A stretch of 64,000 nucleotides of DNA from Candidatus Eiseniibacteriota bacterium. GTDB lineage: Bacteria > Eisenbacteria > RBG-16-71-46 > CAZAMP01. The notes under the pieces were generated by a model. It had not been told where the DNA came from. It did no database searches and worked only from the letters and a program-made list of their open reading frames with translations. This document shows positions 1 through 8,338 of this stretch, piece by piece. The translations under genes and the position numbers were made by a program. The stretch's first letter is position 1. Each line of letters opens with the position of its first letter. The stretch spans positions 640,001-704,000 of the forward strand of contig OZ245046.1 of the NCBI GenBank assembly GCA_965224245.1, given 5' to 3'.

Positions 1-1323
1 GTGCGCGCGCAGCTCGTGCGTCGGCCACTCCCGGACGTCACGGCCGTCCACGAGCACCGCGCCTCCCGTCACCTCCAGGAGACGCGGCACGAGGGCCAGG
101 AGCGTGGTCTTTCCCGACCCGACCTCGCCCGCCACCGCGGTCAGGGTTCCCGGCGTGGCGTCGAACGACACGCCGGCCAGCACGTCGCCCACCGCGTCCG
201 GAAACCCGTAGCGAACGCCCTCGAAGCGGACGACGATGCCGCCCTTCGAGGTCGGGATGCTCAGGGACTCCCGGGCCAGCGTGGCGTCGGGGCGCTCGGC
301 CTCGGGGCTGGCGCGGTGCCGATCGGTCACGTCGGGCTCTGACAGCTCGAGCTCCGAGACGCGGGAGACGCTGACCGCGCTGACGCGCCCCCGGACCAGG
401 AACTGGCCAACGTCGAACATCGGGAAGACCAGGAGCAACACGTACTCCTGGAACGCGACCAGCTGTCCGATCGTGATCTCGCCCCGCATCGCGCCGAGCC
501 CGCCGGCCAGGAGCACCCCGACGATCGCGAACTGCCAGATGTGTCCCCAGAGCGAATCGATGACCGACTGCCAGCGAACCGCACCCAGCTCGGCGGCCCG
601 CTGCGCGTCGACCCGACGCGCGATCTCCTCGCGCTGGTGATGCTCGCTCGCGAAAGCCTTCACCACGCGGATGCCGCTGAAGACGGTCTCCAGCGAATCG
701 TTCATGCGCGAGATCGACGCCTGCACGGCGCGGAAGTGCGCGTCGAGCCGGGTCGCGGTCAGAAAGAAGATCGCGATCAGGATCGGTAGGGGACCGGCCG
801 TGTAGAGTGTGAGGCCCTCGTCCAGGTGAAGCATCATCACCAGCCCGAACACGATCAGGATCGACGCCTCGATGAGACGGAAGAGCCCGCTGCACATGAA
901 CCACGAGAGCTTGTCCGACACGTCGTCGGTGAGGCGGGTCACGATGTCCCCGGTGCGAAAGCGTCGGAAGAACCCGGGTCCCATGCGAAGCACGTGCTCG
1001 AACCCGCGTTGGCGAACTCCGTAGTCGAACCGGATGTTCAACCGCGCGCGCGAGCCCTGGAGCCACAGGTACAGCCCGAAGTGGACGAGGCCGACCAGCG
1101 CGAGCAGGCCGACGCCGCTCAGGATCGGGCGCATCGTTCCGGACGCGGCCACCGAGTCCACCACCCGCTGGATGAACAGCGGCTGGACCACGAGGAGCGC
1201 GGCGTTGATCACCGAGAGCACCACCAGCAGCGGAACCTCGCGGCGGTAGGGCTTCCAGTGATCGTGGATCCACCCGAGCTGTGACAGAAGCCCGATGCGG
1301 CGTGCCCCGCTCTCAGCCGGCAC
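1..1323 (-). CDS. ABC exporter, fused permease/ATP-binding subunit (MdlA/B-like), runs off the window's left edge
   Basis: Hand translation from GTG 1323 (not in the ORF track because it lacks a stop): six TM segments, FRTGDIVTRLTDD, Walker A GEVGSGKT. Overlaps the stop of the upstream ABC gene. Confidence 0.9.
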   Translation of the reverse strand, partial: MPAESGARRIGLLSQLGWIHDHWKPYRREVPLLVVLSVINAALLVVQPLFIQRVVDSVAASGTMRPILSGVGLLALVGLVHFGLYLWLQGSRARLNIRFDYGVRQRGFEHVLRMGPGFFRRFRTGDIVTRLTDDVSDKLSWFMCSGLFRLIEASILIVFGLVMMLHLDEGLTLYTAGPLPILIAIFFLTATRLDAHFRAVQASISRMNDSLETVFSGIRVVKAFASEHHQREEIARRVDAQRAAELGAVRWQSVIDSLWGHIWQFAIVGVLLAGGLGAMRGEITIGQLVAFQEYVLLLVFPMFDVGQFLVRGRVSAVSVSRVSELELSEPDVTDRHRASPEAERPDATLARESLSIPTSKGGIVVRFEGVRYGFPDAVGDVLAGVSFDATPGTLTAVAGEVGSGKTTLLALVPRLLEVTGGAVLVDGRDVREWPTHELRAH

Positions 1324-3091
1324 GTCCGGCCTCCAGGAGCTGAAGCGTCGCCAGCCTGCGATAGAGCGGGTTCTCCTCGACGAGCGTCTCGTGACGCCCG
1401 ATGGCCACGACGCGACCGGCATCCAGCACGAGGATGCGATCGCACTCCCGCACGGTGGCCAGCCGATGGGCGATGATCACGGCGGTGCGCCCACGGAGCG
1501 CGCGGGTCAGGCTCTCGGTGATGAACGCCTCGGTCGCCGGATCGATCGCGCTCGTGGCCTCGTCCAGGATGATCAGCTCGGGATCGCCCGCGATCGCGCG
1601 CGTGAACGAGATCAGCTGGCGCTCGCCCATCGACAAGTTGGCGCCCCGCTCGGAGAGGTCGGTCTCCCACCCGCCGGGGAGGCGGGCCACGAGCTGATCG
1701 GCCATCGTCGTGCCCGCGGCGCGGGCCAGTGCCTCCTCGTCCAGCGCGCGGCCCAGGAGCACGTTGTCGCGAAGCGAGCCGGGGAACAGGTACACGTCCT
1801 GGAGCACGAGCCCCACGTGGCGGCGAAGATCGTGCTGCGTCAGCTCACGCACGTCCACGCCGTCGATCGTGACCCGGCCGCGCTGGGGATCGTAGAAGCG
1901 CAGCAGCAGCGAGACGATCGTGGACTTGCCCGCTCCCGTCGGTCCGACCACCGCCCAGCGTTCGCCGGAGCGGATCTCGAACGACACGTCCTCGAGGATC
2001 CACGGCCCCTCGCCGTAGCGGAACCAGACGTTCTCGAACCGGATGGACGTGCGAAGCCCGGGCCAGGGGACCGGCGTCACCGGGTCGGACACGTCGATCG
2101 GCTCGGTCAACAGGAGGAGAATCCGCTCGCTCGCCGCCAGGGCGCGCTGCATCGTCGCGAGCTGCTCGGAGAGCCGGAAGATGGGCTCGAAGAAGCGCCG
2201 CACGTAGCTCATGAACATCACGAGCGTCCCGATCGTCACCAGGCCCTGGAGCGACCACCAGCCGCCCAGCCCCAGGATGAGCACGAACGCGAGCGTCCGG
2301 GTCAGGAAGATGTCGTTCATCCAGAGCGTGTGGTTCCAGGCGCCCTTCCAGCGCGCCTCGTACGCGCGGCGGTTGATCTCGCGGAACCGGGTGACGGCCC
2401 ACTGCCGGCGCTCGAACGCGCGCAGCACCGGCATTCCCTGGACGAACTCGGCCAGGCGTCCCGAGACGTCGGCCATGTGTCGCCGGGCATCCAGGAACGC
2501 GGCGTGGGTGCGGCCGCGGAAGTACAGTGTGATGCCGATCATGATCGGGAAGATCACGCCACACGTCAGGGTCAGGCGCGCGCTGACGGTGAACATGACC
2601 ACGAACATCGCGATCATGAGGAAGAAGTCGCCGACGAGCAGCACCGTGGCCGACGTGAAGAGGAGGCGTAGCGCGTCGGTATCGCTCTCCACACGCGCGA
2701 TCAGCTTGCCGGGGGACTGCCGGTCGTAGAACCGCAGCGGGAGGTGCATGAGGTGGTCGAACAGGCGGCGCTTGAGCCGTGCGATCATCGCCTGTCCGGT
2801 CCACTCGAGCCAGATTCGCATCGCGTAGGCCACGGCCAGATGCGCGACCAGGACCCCGCAATACAGGACGACGGTTCGGGTCAGCCCCGTCGCGTCGCGG
2901 GACGCGATGTCCACGTCGATCGCCCGCTTGACCAGGACGGGACCGAGGACGGTCAGGATCGACGCGAGGATCAGGAGCGCGAGGGCACCCAGGAAGTGCG
3001 GGAGGTGGGGGCGGAAGATCGGCCACAGGCCATGGACGATGTCGCGGCGGTCGAGCCGGCGTTCGGGGAGGCTCTCGACGCCGTCGGCCAT
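1313..3091 (-). CDS. ABC exporter, fused permease/ATP-binding subunit (heterodimer partner)
   Basis: Walker A GPTGAGKS, signature LSMGERQ, Walker B IILDEAT, H-loop IAHRL; ATG 3091 preceded by AAGGAG. Confidence 0.95.
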   Translation of the reverse strand: MADGVESLPERRLDRRDIVHGLWPIFRPHLPHFLGALALLILASILTVLGPVLVKRAIDVDIASRDATGLTRTVVLYCGVLVAHLAVAYAMRIWLEWTGQAMIARLKRRLFDHLMHLPLRFYDRQSPGKLIARVESDTDALRLLFTSATVLLVGDFFLMIAMFVVMFTVSARLTLTCGVIFPIMIGITLYFRGRTHAAFLDARRHMADVSGRLAEFVQGMPVLRAFERRQWAVTRFREINRRAYEARWKGAWNHTLWMNDIFLTRTLAFVLILGLGGWWSLQGLVTIGTLVMFMSYVRRFFEPIFRLSEQLATMQRALAASERILLLLTEPIDVSDPVTPVPWPGLRTSIRFENVWFRYGEGPWILEDVSFEIRSGERWAVVGPTGAGKSTIVSLLLRFYDPQRGRVTIDGVDVRELTQHDLRRHVGLVLQDVYLFPGSLRDNVLLGRALDEEALARAAGTTMADQLVARLPGGWETDLSERGANLSMGERQLISFTRAIAGDPELIILDEATSAIDPATEAFITESLTRALRGRTAVIIAHRLATVRECDRILVLDAGRVVAIGRHETLVEENPLYRRLATLQLLEAGRAG

Positions 3092-3182
3092 GCCGGGCTC
3101 CTTCGCTGAATCGAGACGCAATGCGCCCCGGAGCGGGAACACGGCTCGCGGCCGGCCAGCGCCTCCGAGAGCGCGGCCCGGC

Positions 3183-3212
3183 ACGATAGCGTCTCGTCGG
3201 CTTTTGTGTCAA
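3183..3212 (-). promoter_or_regulatory. sigma70-type promoter for the ABC exporter pair
   Basis: TTGACA-N18-TATCGT on the minus strand, about 90 bp upstream of ATG 3091. Confidence 0.55.
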
Positions 3213-3248
3213 CGCGGCCCGGCCAGGGGTCGTCCGCGTTCGCTGCGA

Positions 3249-4271
3249 TCAGGCGACCGCGAAGAAGTCCCGTCCCTCGAGGTAGCCGCGGGCGGCGACC
3301 CGTCGACGGATCAGCGTCCGGGCCATCCGTGAGCCCACGGCCGCGAGCACGACCGCGTGACCCGGGGCGGCGAGGGCGTCGGGCGCCAGGATCGGGCGCC
3401 CCCGCCGGGTACGACCGATCTTCTTCGGATCGATGTCGACGTAGGCGTCGATGGCGACCCCTTCCAGGACGAGAAGGCGCCCCAGGCGGCGTCCGATCTG
3501 CCCGGCGCCCCACACGATCGCGGGTCGCGCGGAGAGCGGACCGATCGCCAGGTAGCGTGCCTTCGTCCGGAGGAAGCTCTCGACGCTGTAACGGGGGTGC
3601 GTGCGCGAGTGTCGATCCGGCCGGTCCCGCCAGAAGTGGAGCACGCGGGGGACCTTCGCGAAGCGCCGGCCGGCGAGGTGCAGGCGCAGCCAGAGATCGT
3701 AGTCCTCTGGCCGACCGACGTCCCGGTAGCCGCCGATCTCCAGCAGCAGGTCGCGCCTCAGAAACGCCGTCGGATGGGGGATCGGGCTCTCGACGTAGAT
3801 CTCGCGCGCGATCTCGGCCGGCTCGGTCAGCGCGTTGAGCCAGCGTTCGTAGATGCGGTAGCCTTCCCGGACATCTTGCCGTGGGAAGCTCTCGACACAC
3901 GTCCCCACGACGTCCACGTTTCCTCGCACGTGAAAGAACCTATGCTGCAACGCCAATCGGTCCGGGTGTGCGACGTCGTCCGCGTCCATGCGCGCCACGA
4001 ACGGTGCCCGGGCGGCCTCGACACCGGCGTTCAACGCGTCGATCAGCCCGGCACCGGGGTTGTCGATCACGCGCACGCGGGCGTCTCGTGCCCGGTGCGC
4101 GGCGGCGCGCTCGCGCGAGCCGTCGCGCGAGTGATCGTTCACGATCAGAAGCTCGACGGCGCGGAAGCTCTGGGACAGGATCGACCCGACGGCAGCGTCC
4201 AGGGTGGAGGCGCCGTCTCGCACGGGCATCACGACCGAGACCTCGGGTCGCGCGGGCGCGTCGGTCGGCAT
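3249..4271 (-). CDS. Family 2 glycosyltransferase with C-terminal Rossmann-like domain
   Basis: VSVVMPVRD, VNDHSRD, RMDADD (DxD), PEDYDLWLR; C-terminal IVWGAGQIG. Confidence 0.92.
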   Translation of the reverse strand: MPTDAPARPEVSVVMPVRDGASTLDAAVGSILSQSFRAVELLIVNDHSRDGSRERAAAHRARDARVRVIDNPGAGLIDALNAGVEAARAPFVARMDADDVAHPDRLALQHRFFHVRGNVDVVGTCVESFPRQDVREGYRIYERWLNALTEPAEIAREIYVESPIPHPTAFLRRDLLLEIGGYRDVGRPEDYDLWLRLHLAGRRFAKVPRVLHFWRDRPDRHSRTHPRYSVESFLRTKARYLAIGPLSARPAIVWGAGQIGRRLGRLLVLEGVAIDAYVDIDPKKIGRTRRGRPILAPDALAAPGHAVVLAAVGSRMARTLIRRRVAARGYLEGRDFFAVA

Positions 4272-4330
4272 CGGGGTCACGTCCTTCGTGGTGCGTGGCG
4301 GTGCGCGCACGACCGGCGGAGCGTCGCGTG

Positions 4331-6520
4331 ATGCGGGAGCACGAGGCCACGCCGGCCGGGGTTCTCGTGAGGCCGATGACCGTGCTCGCCGGCGCACAGG
4401 GGGTGCTCGTGCTCGCGCTCGCCGCGGCGCTGGCGTTCCACGAGATCATCAGCCGCGATCTCTGGCTGCACCTCTCGGCCGGCCGATGGATCCTAGCGCA
4501 CGGAACGGTGCCGCGCGAAGACGTGTTCAGCTTCACCGCCGCCGGACACCGCTGGATCGACCTACACTGGGGCTATCAGCTTCTGGTGACCGCGGCGTTT
4601 CGCCTCGGTGGAGCCGTGGGCATCCAGGTGTTGCATGCCGCGGCGTTCCTCGGCACGTGGGGCGTGATCGCGCGCCTGGTGGCCCGGCGGGGCGGCGGTG
4701 GGGCCGCGTGGATCGTCGCTCTGGTCGCGCTGGTCGCCGGCTACGAGCGCGTCCTCTGTCGCCCCGAGCTCTTCACCGCCCTCTTCCTCGTGGTGACGTG
4801 GTGGCTGACCGATCGCGTGCTCGCCGGAGAGCGCGTCGGCCCCGCGTGGCTCCTCGTCCAGGTGCTCTGGGCCAACATGCAGGGGCTGTTCATTCTCGGC
4901 CCCGCGCTGGTCGGCGCGCGCGCGGTCGGGGCCGCCGGGGATCGCCTGGTGGCCCGGCGGAGCGCGCGAGGGGGAGCCGGGGGCGTCCCCGGGGCGACCG
5001 AGGTCCTGGGCGCTCCCGTCCGGCGCCTCGCCGCAGGTGCGGTGCTGATGCTCGCCGTCTCGGTCGCGACGCCCTATCACGTGCACGGCGTGTGGCTACC
5101 GTTCCGGCTGATGACACAGGTCGGGGGCGAGAGCGTGTACGCCGGCGTTCTGGGCGAGCTGCTCTCGCCGTTCGTCGAGTCGCCGATCGGGTGGGTCCTG
5201 GTGGCTCTCGCGGCGCTCTCGGCGCTGGCGTGGCTCCTTGATCCCGGGCGTCGCGTCGCCGATCTCGTCCCGCTGGCTGCGTTCGCGATCCTGGCGTTCT
5301 CCGCGCGACGCAACGCGCTGCTCTTCGCCCTGGTCGCCGTGATCCCGACGATCCCGAGCCTTCACCGGGTGATGGTCGAGCGGGGCGGCGGCCGACTCCG
5401 GTGGCTCCAGGTTCCGGTCGGGGTCGCCGGCGTGCTGATCGGGGGGATCCTGACGCTCGCGGTCGTCGGGGGACGGTTCTATCACGAGCTGCGCTCCCCG
5501 AAGTCCACCGGCCTCGGCTTCTCCGAGCGCGCGTACCCACGCGAGGCGACACGGTTTCTGTCCACGATGGCGCCCGGAGGCCGCGTATTCAACGAGATCG
5601 GTGACGGAGACTATCTCATCTGGCACCTGACACCGGCGTGGACGATCGCGTTCGACGGGCGGGCGGAGGTGTACGGAGAGACCGTCGGCCACGCGCTTCT
5701 CCCGCTGTACCAGAGCCCCGAACGACTGACTGAGTTCGCGCGGGCGAACGACGTCCACCACGCGCTCCTGGACGTATCCACCCCGATGGGACGCAATCTC
5801 GCGGTGGGTCTGGCGCGCACCGACGCCTGGCATCTTCGCTACCTCGACGACCGCGGGGCGATCCTGACCGACGAGCCCGGCGCCTCGTCTACGGTGATGC
5901 CCCGCTCCCCGGCGTCGACGAGCGTGCCGCCGCCGAGCCGCCGCAGCGCACTCGCCTGGCGAGTCGACTTCCCGTGGCGCGAGGAGCGGCTGGCCCGGGC
6001 TCAGGCGGCGTTCGGGCTCGGGGAGGCCGCTCTGGGCAGCTACGCCGAGGCGCTTCGCCGGTACCCGCACTCGGCCGATCTGTACGCCGACTTCGGCGCC
6101 ACGCTCCTGACCGTGGGACGCCTGAACGAGGCCATGTCCGCGTTCTCGGCGGCGCTCACGCTCGACGGCGATCACGACGCGGGAGCGGCGGGCCGAGCGA
6201 TCGCGCTCGAACGCCTGGACGGGCCGGCGGCCGCGATCGGGTGGCTCGAGCCGTGGTGCGCGTCGCGGCCGCGGGCCGAGGCCGCCTGGACCACGCTGGC
6301 GGGCGTCGAGGGACGATCGGGCGACGTGACCGGTGCGATCGAGACGCTCCGCACGGCCTATGGGCGCATGCCCGACGTCGTCGTGCCGCTCGCGACCACG
6401 CTCGCGCGCCTGGGACGGGTCGACGAGGCGCGGGCACTCCTGGAGACGCACCTGAGCCGACATCCGAAGGATCGCGCCGCCCGCGCGCTCGCGGTCCGGC
6501 TCGCACGACCCGGGAGGTAG
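4331..6520 (+). CDS. Multi-pass membrane protein (GT-C-like) with C-terminal TPRs
   Basis: DLWLHLSAGRWI..VPREDVFSFT..W loop, WANMQG motif, many TM helices, FDGRAEVY, TPR helices. The start is uncertain (4331 or 4376). Confidence 0.75.
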   Translation: MREHEATPAGVLVRPMTVLAGAQGVLVLALAAALAFHEIISRDLWLHLSAGRWILAHGTVPREDVFSFTAAGHRWIDLHWGYQLLVTAAFRLGGAVGIQVLHAAAFLGTWGVIARLVARRGGGGAAWIVALVALVAGYERVLCRPELFTALFLVVTWWLTDRVLAGERVGPAWLLVQVLWANMQGLFILGPALVGARAVGAAGDRLVARRSARGGAGGVPGATEVLGAPVRRLAAGAVLMLAVSVATPYHVHGVWLPFRLMTQVGGESVYAGVLGELLSPFVESPIGWVLVALAALSALAWLLDPGRRVADLVPLAAFAILAFSARRNALLFALVAVIPTIPSLHRVMVERGGGRLRWLQVPVGVAGVLIGGILTLAVVGGRFYHELRSPKSTGLGFSERAYPREATRFLSTMAPGGRVFNEIGDGDYLIWHLTPAWTIAFDGRAEVYGETVGHALLPLYQSPERLTEFARANDVHHALLDVSTPMGRNLAVGLARTDAWHLRYLDDRGAILTDEPGASSTVMPRSPASTSVPPPSRRSALAWRVDFPWREERLARAQAAFGLGEAALGSYAEALRRYPHSADLYADFGATLLTVGRLNEAMSAFSAALTLDGDHDAGAAGRAIALERLDGPAAAIGWLEPWCASRPRAEAAWTTLAGVEGRSGDVTGAIETLRTAYGRMPDVVVPLATTLARLGRVDEARALLETHLSRHPKDRAARALAVRLARPGR

Positions 6521-6524
6521 CGCC

Positions 6525-7238
6525 GTGCCGCACGACGAGCCGACAGCAGAACGAGGGCGTCGGGCGTCCGGGGTCCGCCTGTCCGGGTCCGATCGGCGAC
6601 GGCTGGTCGGCGACCGCGCGGATCTGGATCGGCTGCTCGTCCCCGAGCCCGACACGCCGCCCGGCGAGTTCGATCCCCGGTCGCTGTTCGCGAACGATCG
6701 GCCGATCGAGCTGGAGATCGGCTGCGGTAAGGGTGCGTTCCTGGCCGCGATGGCGAGCACGTACCCGGACGTCAATCTGATCGGGGTGGAGCTCGCCGCG
6801 CCGTTCGCGCGGGCGGCGGCCCTGCGCATGCGACGGCGATCGTTCGACGACGTCCGGGTGATGTGCGGCGACGCCGGACGCCTCGTCCGCGAGACGCTGC
6901 GCGCGGACTCGGTGAACGCGGTGCACGTGTTCTTCCCCGATCCGTGGCCGAAGAAGAGGCACCGCAAGCGGCGGATCTTCACCGCGAGCTTCCTGGACGG
7001 GGTGGCGCGCGTGCTCGTACCGGACGGCATGCTCTGTCTGGCCACCGACGTGCCGGACTACTACGCGAGCATGCGCGAGCTCACCGACGCCGATGGGCGG
7101 TTCGAGCGTCTCACGGCCTTCGAGTGGCGCTCGGGCGGGATCACGAACTTCGAGCGGAAGTACCTCGACGCGGGGCGGACGAGCTTTCGCGCCACGTACC
7201 GCAAGCGGTCGGTGGAGGGGAGCTGGCGACGGCTGTAG
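6525..7238 (+). CDS. trmB: tRNA (guanine-N7)-methyltransferase
   Basis: LEIGCGKG, FFPDPWPKKRHRKRR, ATD, TNFERKY motifs. Confidence 0.95.
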   Translation: MPHDEPTAERGRRASGVRLSGSDRRRLVGDRADLDRLLVPEPDTPPGEFDPRSLFANDRPIELEIGCGKGAFLAAMASTYPDVNLIGVELAAPFARAAALRMRRRSFDDVRVMCGDAGRLVRETLRADSVNAVHVFFPDPWPKKRHRKRRIFTASFLDGVARVLVPDGMLCLATDVPDYYASMRELTDADGRFERLTAFEWRSGGITNFERKYLDAGRTSFRATYRKRSVEGSWRRL

Positions 7239-7440
7239 CCGGCGCTCCCGCGTTCGCGGCCGGCCGTGGTCGCCCGGCGCCCCCCGGCGGACGCTCCGGG
7301 ACACCCGCGGCCTCCGGGACACCGGCGGTCGTCAGGACTCCGGGGGGGATCCGGCGAGGGGACCGCCGGCGACGGCCGGCAGCATCCCGCCCCACGTCCG
7401 GCGGCGAGCGTTCCGAGCCACGCCCGCCGCCGGCGGTGGT

Positions 7441-7469
7441 TTGTCTTCGTGGAACCTCGACCGTATACT
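7441..7469 (+). promoter_or_regulatory. sigma70-type promoter
   Basis: TTGTCT-N17-TATACT in an AT-richer intergenic patch upstream of 7526. Confidence 0.65.
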
Positions 7470-7525
7470 GAGACTTACAAGCTCGACACCGCACGCTCCC
7501 ATCTACCCGCGAAAGGCGTTCACCG

Positions 7526-8170
7526 TTGGTCGGTCGAAACATCTCGCTGCTTGCGATCGCCGTCGCCCTCGTGCCCACCCACCGGGTGGAGGCAGAGGAC
7601 GGTGTGTTTCTCCTGCATGTGGCGCCCGCGTCGTTCAGCGCATGCGAGTCCTTCGAGGACGCGACGGCATCGTGCCGGGACATCGTGACGTCCACGGATG
7701 GCTCTTCCGATTCGTTCGTGTGGCTCCTCGCGTCCGACCCCGGCGGTGAGATCGGGGGTGCACAGTTCGGGATCACGTACGAATCGAGCGTGAGCGTGGC
7801 AACGTGGACGCTCTGCACCGGTGGTTCCCAGATCCCGGACGACGGGTGGCCGGGCCCCGGCGCCGGCAACGCCGTCACGTGGGCGGACGGCTGCACACGG
7901 ACCGGCGGGGCCGACATGGCCAAGATCGGCTTCTTCTATGTCCCCGGCGGCTCGGCCGGGACGATGCAGGTCATCGCAGATCCCCGGGTCGACCAGGCGC
8001 TGTTCGCCGATTGCGATGAGGTGGACGTCGTGAGTTACGAGGTGTGCAACGTCCACGGCAAGGTGGCGATCGGCGGCGGCAGCGGCTACGTTCCGCAGAA
8101 CTGCCTGTGCGCCGGGCCGCTCATCGAGGAGCGCACCTGGGCCACGATCAAGAGCACGTATCGCGATTGA
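7526..8170 (+). CDS. Secreted Cys-rich hypothetical protein with C-terminal TWxxIKxxY motif
   Basis: Signal peptide, 8 Cys, ends PLIEERTWATIKSTYRD; has its own promoter. Confidence 0.8.
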   Translation: MVGRNISLLAIAVALVPTHRVEAEDGVFLLHVAPASFSACESFEDATASCRDIVTSTDGSSDSFVWLLASDPGGEIGGAQFGITYESSVSVATWTLCTGGSQIPDDGWPGPGAGNAVTWADGCTRTGGADMAKIGFFYVPGGSAGTMQVIADPRVDQALFADCDEVDVVSYEVCNVHGKVAIGGGSGYVPQNCLCAGPLIEERTWATIKSTYRD

Positions 8171-8338
8171 CGCCCGGTCGCCGCGTCGGTCTCTCACCGC
8201 CGGCCGGCGTAGGGTCACGTTTCCTCCTCCCGCCTCGCGTCGAAACTTGCTACCTTACCCCGACTTTGAAACCGCCCGACGTTCGTTGGCTGCATTCCAA
8301 CGCGCGCTCGCGCCCTCGAGCCACGAGTTTCAATCGAC

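Noticed and set aside
7294-7356. CTCCGGGACACC direct repeat (two copies plus a partial third)
   Set aside because: Too short and too few in an extremely GC-rich spacer to call an array or REP element.
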